This document shows positions 9,959-18,117 of a DNA stretch of 37,404 bases, piece by piece. The notes under the pieces were generated by a model. The model did no database searches. It was not told the origin of the DNA and saw only the letters and a list, made by a program, of their open reading frames with translations. How positions within the stretch are numbered: the first letter of the stretch is position 1; each line of letters opens with the position of its first letter. This stretch comes from Myxococcota bacterium (GTDB lineage: Bacteria > Myxococcota > JACRCW01): positions 1 through 37,404 of the forward strand of contig JBFMGU010000091.1 in the NCBI GenBank assembly GCA_040752415.1. Reading direction: 5' to 3'. A program made the translations under genes and the position numbers.

Positions 9959-11398
9959 TCAGCCTTTGAACATCCCGTTCACGAAGGCCCGCAGCGCACG
10001 CTCCACCACCGAGGGCGGCATGACGTTCAGGATCTGGTTCACCTCCGCCATCCGGCCCGGCAGGTCCCCGTCCGACGTGGCGCCGGCCATCCCCATCATC
10101 TGCGCAATGGTCTCGTCGGAAACCTGGCTGGGCTCCAGCTCGCGGAAGACCTGCTCCATCTGGGTGGCCAGGTCGCTCACCGGCAGCTCGCGCGCGGCGC
10201 GCACCGCGTCGGTCAGGTCCTTGAGGAACGCATCCACCCACTTGAGATTCGTGGGTCCAATGGACAGGTGGATGTTCTCCGGAGACCCCTGTCGACGGAA
10301 TTGCGGCTGCACGTACCACCCGCGCTGGTGCATCTCGTCAATCACGTGGAACACGTTGGTGTCCGCCGACGTGAACGCCACCATGCTGAAGTCCGGTCGC
10401 CCCAACACGCGCAGCCCGGGAATCTTCCCAATGCCCGCCACGATCCCTTCGCTGCAACTCTTCATCTGCCGCGCGATCTCCAGGTATCCGTCGTCACCAA
10501 TGGCGCACATGGTGGCCCAGGCCGCGGCCATGGGCCCCCCAGACTTGCTGCTCTGCACCGCCGCGTTCACCACGCTGTAGCCCGTCCACTCGTTGCACGC
10601 GTAGATCTGGTGCAGCCGCAGGTCGGCGTTCCGGTACAGCACCACTGAGGCGCCCTTGGGCGTGAACGCGTACTTGTGCAGGTCCATGCTCATGGAGGTG
10701 ACGCCGTCGACGGTGAAGTCGTACTCCGGGAAGTCACCGCCCAGCCGACGGAAGTACGGCAGGAGCCACCCGCCCACGCACGCGTCCACGTGACAGAGGA
10801 TCCCGTGTTTGTGCGCCAACGCGGCAATCTCCGGCACCGGGTCCACCACGCCGTGCGCGTAGCCCGGAGTGGAACCCACCAGCATCACGGTGTTCTCGTT
10901 GATGGCGTCGCGCATGGCGTCCACGTCGGCGCGGAACGTGTGCGGGTCGACGCGCGTCACCACCGTCTTCACGCCCAGGTAGTAGGCCGCCTTGTGGAAC
11001 GCCGCGTGCGCGGTGGCGGGCAGCACCAGCTCCGGCTGCTTGATGTTGGGTCGGTTGGCCTTGGCCCACTCGCGCGCCGCCTTCACCGCGAGGATGATGG
11101 ACTCCGTGCCGCCGCTGGTGAATGTGCCCACCACGGCGTCATCCCCGCGCGCCTGCCGACGCGCCATGCCCACCACCTCGTTCTCAATCCGCGCCAGCGA
11201 CGGAAACGCCGTGGGATCCAGCGCATTCTCCGTCAGGAAGGACGCGTAGACCTCCTTGCCAATCTCCATGGCCACGTGCCCCGGGTCATAGACGTAGCCG
11301 AACGTGCGGCCCGTCTTCCAAGGCAGGTCGTTCTTCCGGTAACCCTCCAGCGCGTTGACGATGTCCTCACGCTTCATCCCCTGCTGTGGCAGCTTCAT
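9959..11398 (-). CDS. PLP-dependent fold-type I enzyme, group II decarboxylase family, sphingosine-1-phosphate lyase-like
   Basis: TSGGTESI, AHAAFHKAAYY, LVGSTPGYAHGVVDP, HVDACVGG and the PLP-lysine motif SMSMDLHKYAFTPKGASVVLY. A GAGGAGG RBS favours ATG 11398 over GTG 11419. Confidence 0.85.
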   Translation of the reverse strand: MKLPQQGMKREDIVNALEGYRKNDLPWKTGRTFGYVYDPGHVAMEIGKEVYASFLTENALDPTAFPSLARIENEVVGMARRQARGDDAVVGTFTSGGTESIILAVKAAREWAKANRPNIKQPELVLPATAHAAFHKAAYYLGVKTVVTRVDPHTFRADVDAMRDAINENTVMLVGSTPGYAHGVVDPVPEIAALAHKHGILCHVDACVGGWLLPYFRRLGGDFPEYDFTVDGVTSMSMDLHKYAFTPKGASVVLYRNADLRLHQIYACNEWTGYSVVNAAVQSSKSGGPMAAAWATMCAIGDDGYLEIARQMKSCSEGIVAGIGKIPGLRVLGRPDFSMVAFTSADTNVFHVIDEMHQRGWYVQPQFRRQGSPENIHLSIGPTNLKWVDAFLKDLTDAVRAARELPVSDLATQMEQVFRELEPSQVSDETIAQMMGMAGATSDGDLPGRMAEVNQILNVMPPSVVERALRAFVNGMFKG

Positions 11399-11415
11399 GG
11401 CGTCCTCCTCGGGCT

Positions 11416-13167
11416 TCACGGCGAGATGACGTCGGCGAGCGCCACGTCAACGTGGATGCGGTCACAACGCCCCGCGGTGTACGGCAACGTCAGGCCCCAG
11501 CGCGCGGCCTGGTGCACGGGACCATCCGCGTGGTGCGCCAGCGCGGCGCGGTAGTCCTTGAGCGCCTCCGCGCGTGCGCCCAGCACGTCACGCGCCCGCG
11601 CACGCCACAGGTGGAACGAGGCCACGCGCTCCTCGTGCGGGTGCCCCAGGGAGAGCGCGGTGGTGAACGCCCGCTCCGCGGAGTTGGCATCCCGCAGGCT
11701 CAGTGCAAAGAGGCCGGAGAGCGTGTGATAGACGGGTTGATCCGGACACAGCGCCGCGGCCCGCTCGACGTGGGCGCGCGCCGCGGGCGTGTCGTTCTCG
11801 TCGATGTACGCGATGTACGCCTGGCGGAACGCATCGAACGCCGCGCGCTGCGCCTCGGTCTCCCCGTCGTCGACCACGAAGGTTCGCTCGGTGGGATCGT
11901 GGTCCTCGTTGCGCAGGCTAAACGGGACGAAGGTGCCGCGGCTGGTCGGTGCCTCGCCCGCGCCCACCCAGACCACGCCGTCCTCGGGACGGAACACCAC
12001 CGATCCCACGGTCATCACCATGCCAATGGAATCCGCCACGCGACACCGCGCATGCCCACGGTCGGCCAGGATGCCGGCCAGGCCTTCCACGTCGAGGTTG
12101 CCGCGCTTCTCGGCGAGGAGCTGGTTGGTGCGCTGGTGGCGACCCTGGTTGTGACGCCAGTAGGAGCCGTAGAGGTTCTGCTCGGTGCTGCCCAGCTCCT
12201 CGTCCAGGTAGATGTTCGCGTAGCCGAACGTGTTCTCGCCCGCGCCAATCCGCCGCGGCGCCTGGCGGTCCGGGTTCTCCTCCCAGCACAGCACCTCCTT
12301 CCGGTGTGCGTCGGTGACGAGGTACGTCCAGCAGCCGATGTGACGGTGCGCGGAGAGGATGCGCTGGGCGTCGTCGAGGTTGCGCGCGTGACGCATCACC
12401 ACGTCACCCACCACGCCAATGGGGGTGCCACCCAGGCGCGTGGCGTCGGTGAACATGTGCTGGTGCACGGTGAGCGACAGCCCCGACTCATTCATGGCGG
12501 TGACGCCGCCCAGGCCGACACCCGCCGCGGCCACGGAGACGTAACGCTGTCCGTCGTTCGGCTCGTGGAAGATCACCGCGGTATGGGAAGGCCAATTTCC
12601 CACGCCGTAGTAGTCGAAGTTGCGCGCGTGATAGAGCTTCCCGTCGACGGTGGCCTCGCCCCACGCAATGGCGCTGGTGCAACCGAGGCCCAACGCAAGA
12701 CGGTGACGCACCGCGGGCCCACGCATCTTGATCTGCATCAGCCGCGCCGCCAGCCAGATGAGTGAGTCCGGCATGGTGCACCCGTCGACGAAGTCCTGCA
12801 GCGGCAGTCCCGCGCCCGCGGCCAGCCCTTCAATGGTCTCCACCGCGTACGGCGGCAGCGCCTTGGCCACGCGTCGACCAATGAGCTGCTGGATGCCGGT
12901 CATGACGACGGGAGTGAGCCGTCCCAGCGAGCGCCCCATGAGCCGGTGCGCGAAGTCCTGGTAGTAGGGGATGGGCCCGGTGGCCACGCGGTCGCGCAGC
13001 AACGTGCCGTGCTGGTGGCCCATCTCGCGGAAGGACCCCTTGAGCTTGAGCACATCCACGCCGTGCACACGACGGTGCCAGGCGGGGCCCAGCATGTGGC
13101 GCGCGCTGGCGGGCTCGGGGGTGACGACGGGGGAAGAAGAGGCAACAGCAGCGGACAAGGTGGTCAT
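11416..13167 (-). CDS. C45-family autoproteolytic Ntn hydrolase/acyltransferase (acid-ceramidase/NAAA-like fold) with C-terminal TPR-like helices
   Basis: GSFREMGHQHG pro-segment, nucleophile motif G-CTS (Cys163), DGKLYHARNFDY, TAMNESGLS. The Ala-rich helical C-terminus has TPR-like spacing. Confidence 0.82.
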   Translation of the reverse strand: MTTLSAAVASSSPVVTPEPASARHMLGPAWHRRVHGVDVLKLKGSFREMGHQHGTLLRDRVATGPIPYYQDFAHRLMGRSLGRLTPVVMTGIQQLIGRRVAKALPPYAVETIEGLAAGAGLPLQDFVDGCTMPDSLIWLAARLMQIKMRGPAVRHRLALGLGCTSAIAWGEATVDGKLYHARNFDYYGVGNWPSHTAVIFHEPNDGQRYVSVAAAGVGLGGVTAMNESGLSLTVHQHMFTDATRLGGTPIGVVGDVVMRHARNLDDAQRILSAHRHIGCWTYLVTDAHRKEVLCWEENPDRQAPRRIGAGENTFGYANIYLDEELGSTEQNLYGSYWRHNQGRHQRTNQLLAEKRGNLDVEGLAGILADRGHARCRVADSIGMVMTVGSVVFRPEDGVVWVGAGEAPTSRGTFVPFSLRNEDHDPTERTFVVDDGETEAQRAAFDAFRQAYIAYIDENDTPAARAHVERAAALCPDQPVYHTLSGLFALSLRDANSAERAFTTALSLGHPHEERVASFHLWRARARDVLGARAEALKDYRAALAHHADGPVHQAARWGLTLPYTAGRCDRIHVDVALADVISP

Positions 13168-13991
13168 GCAGGCTTCTCCATGATGGTGTCGATGGGATCA
13201 CCGTTGGCGAGCGCGGCGCTGGCGAGGAGGCGCGGCGTGGCCCACTGGTGGAAACCGGTCACGAGCTGACGGACGCTGTCGACGTCCTTCTCGCGGATGA
13301 GCTGCACCAGCAGCGTCACCGCCTGCACCTGCGGCTCGGTGGCGGGGCGCGTGGTGCTGAAGATGCCTTCCAGGTCCACCGTCACCGACTGGTGCCAGGT
13401 GGCCAGCATCTCGAAGAGCACGTTGCCCGTGGCGCGCGCGACGGCGCGGGTGAGCTCGCCCATGGCGGCGGAGAACGCGGCCTGGTTGCCCAGCGCATCA
13501 CGCATGTGCGTCAGGGCGAGCTCCATGGCCTCCAGGTGGGCGTCGGTGCGGCGCGCGGCGGCCAGCGTGGACATCTCCACGTCGAGCACGGCGCGAATCT
13601 CCAAGAGCGAATTGAGCACGCCGCGGTCCACCCGTCCCGGCGCCGGCGTCAGCATGGCGCGCAACACGCGCGGACTGATGGACGCCATGGGGTCCAGCAC
13701 CAGCGTTCCCCGTCGACGCACCGGGCGCACCAGCCCGTGCACCTCCAGCAGCTTCACCGCCTCCCGCACCACGCTGCGATTCACCCCGTACCGCTCCGCG
13801 AGCTCGTCCTCCGTCGGCAGCACCGCGCCCACCGCAATTTCACCGGAGACGATGCGCACCAAAAGGTCATCCGCCACGCGGTCGGCCTTGCGCGCGCCAC
13901 TGGCGCCCACCGCGCGCAGCCGGGTGCTCTCGCGCGGCGGCGCGTTGCGCCTGCGGGAAGTGACGGTGCGCCGTGAGCGGGCTCCAGACAT
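13164..13991 (-). CDS. GntR-family transcriptional regulator, FadR subfamily
   Basis: wHTH LPTEDELAERYGVNRSVVREAVKLLE..GLV and an FCD domain (LLEIRAVLDVEM..LAAARRT...ATGN). The stop overlaps the next start (ATGA). Confidence 0.92.
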   Translation of the reverse strand: MSGARSRRTVTSRRRNAPPRESTRLRAVGASGARKADRVADDLLVRIVSGEIAVGAVLPTEDELAERYGVNRSVVREAVKLLEVHGLVRPVRRRGTLVLDPMASISPRVLRAMLTPAPGRVDRGVLNSLLEIRAVLDVEMSTLAAARRTDAHLEAMELALTHMRDALGNQAAFSAAMGELTRAVARATGNVLFEMLATWHQSVTVDLEGIFSTTRPATEPQVQAVTLLVQLIREKDVDSVRQLVTGFHQWATPRLLASAALANGDPIDTIMEKPA

Positions 13992-13998
13992 GGCCGGA

Positions 13999-14027
13999 AG
14001 AATAAATCCGACTTATTGCATTTTCAA
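13999..14027 (-). promoter_or_regulatory. Sigma70-type promoter of the gntR operon, predicted leaderless transcript
   Basis: On the minus strand: TTGAAA (14027-14022), 17 nt, TATTCT (14004-13999), 7 nt, then the ATG at 13991. There is no Shine-Dalgarno sequence and the region is an AT-rich patch in GC-rich DNA. Confidence 0.75.
14001..14017. promoter_or_regulatory. Putative FadR/GntR operator (17-bp palindrome)
   Basis: AATAAATCCGACTTATT has 7 of 8 arm pairs matching and a GTCnGA[C/T] core like FadR-subfamily boxes. It overlaps the spacer and the -10 box. Confidence 0.7.
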
Positions 14028-14113
14028 CCGATTTTTTCCGACCGCGTGGGGCGGCCCGAAAAAACACCAGCGAATACCCATGGTTGCGTGGTCGGCGGAT
14101 CTCCCACCTGCCC

Positions 14114-15256
14114 TCAGGATTTGCCGCCGCGCTGGTCCAGGACCCGGTTGCTGGCGGGGAGATAGGCCTCCTGCACCCGCAGTGCGCCATCGCGCATCAG
14201 GCAGCGGCCGCGCGAGAAGACGTGACGCACGGCGAGTGAGTCGCGTTCCAGGACCAACACGTCGGCGTCGACCCCGGGGGCCAATCTTCCCTTGTGGGAG
14301 AGTTTCAGCACGCGCGCGGTGTTGCTGGTGCACAAGGGAAGGACGCGCTCCAACGCGAACCCCTGCCGCACACTCGCCACGAGCTGGGCATGCAGCGTGG
14401 CGGGTGCCTTGATGCCCGCGTCGGAAGAGATGGTGAAGCGCGACCAGTCCGCGTTCCAGTCATCCATCAGGCGCAGCCACACCGGGAGGTCCTCCTCCAC
14501 GACGTCAATGTCCATGGTCACGCCGCGCGCGCTGAGCTCCACCGCCTCCAGCATCAAGGCACGGTGTCGCTCCACGTGCGTGGGATAGAGCCATTCCGGG
14601 GGCACCTCGTGCTCGTCGAGCAGCTCGCGCACCGGGGCCAGGCGCGTGGCCTTGTCACCGACGTGCAGGTGCGTGACGCCGCATTTCCCGCTCAGCAGAC
14701 CACCCACGTACGCGTCGTGGGCCAGCCGGGCCAGCTCGCGCACGGTGGGCTCGGTGCCGCGCACGTCGGAGATGGCCACCTCACCCGCGCCGAGCACCGG
14801 GTCCAGGTACATGATGTCGGAGCGGATGCTGCCGGTGAGCGTGGTGGGCGGGACGTTGTAGCCGCCGGTGTACATGAACGCGCTCAGGCCCTCTTTTCGC
14901 AGTCCCTTGGTCTTGGCCAGCAGCGCGGGCAGCGTTCTCGTCGTGGTGTCCACACCCAGGCAGCCCACCACGGTGGTGATTCCGCCGCGCACCAGCTCGC
15001 GCAGCGCTATCTCCGGCGTCTGCGAGGCGAACCCGCGCTCACCGCTGCCGCCAATCAGGTGCTCGTGGGGATCGATGAGCCCGGGCACCACCACGCAGCC
15101 GCGCGCGTCCACGACGTCGACGGTGACCCCCGGCACCTTGATGGTCGCGGGCTTCACCGCGCCCACGTACGTCACGCGGTGTCCCACCATCACCACGGCC
15201 TGCGGACCGCGCGGCTCCGGCGCAAACACCTCCCCGCCGTGGATGACCACGATCAT
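14114..15256 (-). CDS. iadA: Isoaspartyl dipeptidase (beta-aspartyl peptidase, amidohydrolase family)
   Basis: PGLIDPHEHLIGGSGERGF..TPEI, GITTVVGCLGVD, YTGGY, GEVAISD, HVGD, YPTH and SSD metal-ligand motifs. Confidence 0.9.
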   Translation of the reverse strand: MIVVIHGGEVFAPEPRGPQAVVMVGHRVTYVGAVKPATIKVPGVTVDVVDARGCVVVPGLIDPHEHLIGGSGERGFASQTPEIALRELVRGGITTVVGCLGVDTTTRTLPALLAKTKGLRKEGLSAFMYTGGYNVPPTTLTGSIRSDIMYLDPVLGAGEVAISDVRGTEPTVRELARLAHDAYVGGLLSGKCGVTHLHVGDKATRLAPVRELLDEHEVPPEWLYPTHVERHRALMLEAVELSARGVTMDIDVVEEDLPVWLRLMDDWNADWSRFTISSDAGIKAPATLHAQLVASVRQGFALERVLPLCTSNTARVLKLSHKGRLAPGVDADVLVLERDSLAVRHVFSRGRCLMRDGALRVQEAYLPASNRVLDQRGGKS

Positions 15257-15260
15257 GGCG

Positions 15261-17924
15261 TCACAACGTCAGGTCCCGTCCCGCCTGCGACGTGGCCAGC
15301 CACGGCAGCGACGACACCGGTTGCGCATCCCACGCGTCCAGCGCTTCCAGCAGCCGGTCGCGGTTCTCATGGAAGACCACCACCAGCTCGCCTTCCTGCA
15401 GCTCATGCAACGCGGTGGTGAGCGCGTCCACCTCGTCGGGGATGATGCGGCACTCGCGGTGGGGCAGCTCCTGCTGGATGGCGTTGCGCAGCATCAAGGG
15501 GATCTCGCCGGGCTGTCTTCCTCGTCGGTCCGCGTCCTCGCGCACGATGATTCGGGAGAACCCGCGCGCCGCCACGCGTGCCGCTTCCTCGATGAGCGCG
15601 TCCATGCGGTCTCCCGGCACGCCCAGGATGGCGGTGACCCTTCTGCCTTCCATGCGCGCGGCCATGCGGCAGATGGCGCGGAACGCTTCCGGGTTGTGCC
15701 CGTAGTCCAGCACCACGTAGCCGCGGCCCACCTGGAAGATGTTCACGCGTCCGGGGTTGTGCTCCAGCGCGGTGAAGGTCCTCAGTCCGTCGGAGATGTC
15801 GTCGGCGCCCAGGCCGTAGGCGCGGCACGCGGCGGCGGCGGCCAGCGCGTTGGCCAGCTGGAACTCCGCGAGGCCACGCATGACCACGGGGATGTCGTGG
15901 ATGCGCGCCACGGGCTCACGGTGGTGGCCGCGCTGTTCGATGATCCATCCGTCGTGCGGGAAGTACGCGGTGCCGTTGGCCGCGCAGTGCGCGCGCACCA
16001 CGGGACTGTCCGCGTGCAAGGAGAAGAACACCACGTTCCGACGGGGCGAGCGCACGCGCGGCGCGTCGGCCAGGCCCAACGCGTGCTCGTCGTCCGCGTT
16101 CAGCACCAAGGTCCCACCATGGCGCACGCGCTCCGCCACCAGCGCCTTCACGTGGATGAGATCCTCCAGGCTCTCAATGCCGTCCTGGCCCAGGTGGTCG
16201 CGCTGGATGTTGGTGACGACGGAAATGTCGGACCAGTCGTAGCCCAGCCCCCCGCGTACGATTCCGCCGCGCGCGGTTTCCAGCACCGCCACGTCGACCG
16301 CGGGGTCACCCAGCACGCTCTGCGCGGAGCGCGGACCGGTGTTGTCCCCCACGGAGATCTGCTCCTGGCCCACGTAGGTCCCGTCGGTGGTGGTGCAACC
16401 CACGGTGACCCCGGTGCGCCCGATGATGTGGCTCACCATGCGCGTCACGGTGGTCTTGCCATTGGTGCCCGTGATGGAGATGAGGGGAACGCGACCGTTG
16501 TTCTCCTCGGGGTACAGGAGCTTCACCACGGCGTCGCCCACGTCGCGCGCGCGCCCCTCCGAGGGAAACTGGTGCATGCGCAGCCCCGGCCCCGCATTCA
16601 CCTCGATGACACCACCGCGCCGTCCCGCGAGCGGCTCGTGGATGGCGGGGAGCACCAGGTCAATGCCGCAGATGTCCAGGCCCACCACGCGGGCCGCGCG
16701 CTCACACATCCGGGCAATGGTGGGATGGATCTCGTCGGTGACGTCGCGCGCGGTGCCGCCGGTGGAGAGGTTGGCGGTGTCACGCAGGAACACCACCCTG
16801 CCCGCGGGCGGAATGCCCAGGGCGGAGAGGCCCTGGCGCGCCAGGCAGCGCAACGCGTGCTCGTCCAGGCGCAAGCGCGTGAGCGGACGCTCATGGCCAT
16901 CTCCCCGACGAGGATCCTGGTTGGCAAGGTCCACCAGCTCCTCCACGGTGTGCTCTCCGTCGCCGGTGACGCGCGCGGGCACCCGTTCGCTGGCCGCCAC
17001 CACGCGACCGCCCACCACCAGCACGCGGTAGTCGCGCCCGTGGAACAATTCCTCGACGAGAACCAGCCGCCCGAACTCCCGCGCCCGCACGAACGCGTCG
17101 CCGGCCTCCTCCGGCGTGGTGATGCTCAGCGTGACGCCCTGGCCCTGGTGACCGTCGAGCGGTTTCACCACCACCGGCGGGCCCAGGTCGGTCAGCGCCT
17201 CAATGGCCTCCTCCCGCGTGTGCACGATGGTGCCGCGGGGCACCGGGATGTACGCGCGCTTGAGCACCTCCTTGGTGAGGTCCTTGTCCGCGGCAATGTC
17301 GACGCCAATGGCGCTGGTGGCGTGACCCACCGCCGCCTCGATGCGACGGATGTTCCGGCCATGACCCAGCTGGATGATGCTCCCGTGGATCCTGCGCCAG
17401 GGAATTCCCCGTCGGATGGCGGCCTCCACAATGGCGCGCGTGCTGGGACCCAGCGCCGCTTCCTCGACGATGCGACGCGCCTGCGCCACGCGCTCGTCGA
17501 GCGGATAGGGCTCATTGCGCAGCAGCGCCTGCACCAGCTCCACCGCGGTGTGCAGCAGGAACTTCATTCCCGGCTCGCACAGGTAACGCACCACGACCTG
17601 GTAGACGCCCTCGCGCTCACCCCGGATGGTCTTCCCGTGGTTGACGCCAATGCCCACCGCGATGCTCAGCTCCAGCGCCACGTGCTCCACCACGTGACCG
17701 AAATACGTCCCACCCTGGAGTCGTTTGACGAGGCCACCGGGCGCGCCCGCGGCGCAGTGATGGTCGTGCAGCCCGGGCAGCGCGGTCAGCAGGCGGTCCG
17801 TGAAGCCGGGCGGGTCGCAGGAGCGCGTCTCCGCCAGGTCCTCCAGGTCCAGGCGCATGACCAGCACCGGTTTGTGGTGGAACACATTGGGACCGGACAG
17901 GGTCTTGATACCCAGGATCCTCAT
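15261..17924 (-). CDS. cphA: Cyanophycin synthetase CphA1
   Basis: N domain L.GPN...HVVEHVALEL, LGPST, an ATP-grasp domain (VVKPLDGHQGQGV, ANLSTGG, EVNAGPG) and a Mur-ligase domain (ITGTNGKTT, ETARGG, LNADD, DYGHN). It is 887 aa from ATG 17924; the 78-aa upstream extension in the ORF track is probably not real. Confidence 0.95.
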   Translation of the reverse strand: MRILGIKTLSGPNVFHHKPVLVMRLDLEDLAETRSCDPPGFTDRLLTALPGLHDHHCAAGAPGGLVKRLQGGTYFGHVVEHVALELSIAVGIGVNHGKTIRGEREGVYQVVVRYLCEPGMKFLLHTAVELVQALLRNEPYPLDERVAQARRIVEEAALGPSTRAIVEAAIRRGIPWRRIHGSIIQLGHGRNIRRIEAAVGHATSAIGVDIAADKDLTKEVLKRAYIPVPRGTIVHTREEAIEALTDLGPPVVVKPLDGHQGQGVTLSITTPEEAGDAFVRAREFGRLVLVEELFHGRDYRVLVVGGRVVAASERVPARVTGDGEHTVEELVDLANQDPRRGDGHERPLTRLRLDEHALRCLARQGLSALGIPPAGRVVFLRDTANLSTGGTARDVTDEIHPTIARMCERAARVVGLDICGIDLVLPAIHEPLAGRRGGVIEVNAGPGLRMHQFPSEGRARDVGDAVVKLLYPEENNGRVPLISITGTNGKTTVTRMVSHIIGRTGVTVGCTTTDGTYVGQEQISVGDNTGPRSAQSVLGDPAVDVAVLETARGGIVRGGLGYDWSDISVVTNIQRDHLGQDGIESLEDLIHVKALVAERVRHGGTLVLNADDEHALGLADAPRVRSPRRNVVFFSLHADSPVVRAHCAANGTAYFPHDGWIIEQRGHHREPVARIHDIPVVMRGLAEFQLANALAAAAACRAYGLGADDISDGLRTFTALEHNPGRVNIFQVGRGYVVLDYGHNPEAFRAICRMAARMEGRRVTAILGVPGDRMDALIEEAARVAARGFSRIIVREDADRRGRQPGEIPLMLRNAIQQELPHRECRIIPDEVDALTTALHELQEGELVVVFHENRDRLLEALDAWDAQPVSSLPWLATSQAGRDLTL

Positions 17925-18117
17925 CGCGCCGCTCCGCGGAGCCGGGGCACCCCTGAGTCCCGACCAGCGTCCCGGGCAGCAGGGCCTCCGTCCGAACCGG
18001 TTGTCAGCTGGCTTCACCTGCAACGCGACGTCGACACCCGGCGCGTGCACGGGACTGATAACGCGGACATGTAGGTACTGCCACACGGGGTGATCCCGGG
18101 ATGGCGTCACGCTCCCG

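Noticed and set aside
14868..18074. 1068-aa ORF on the + strand
   Set aside because: It is the antisense shadow of cphA/iadA. Long stop-free antisense frames are expected in GC-rich coding DNA and it has no recognisable motifs.
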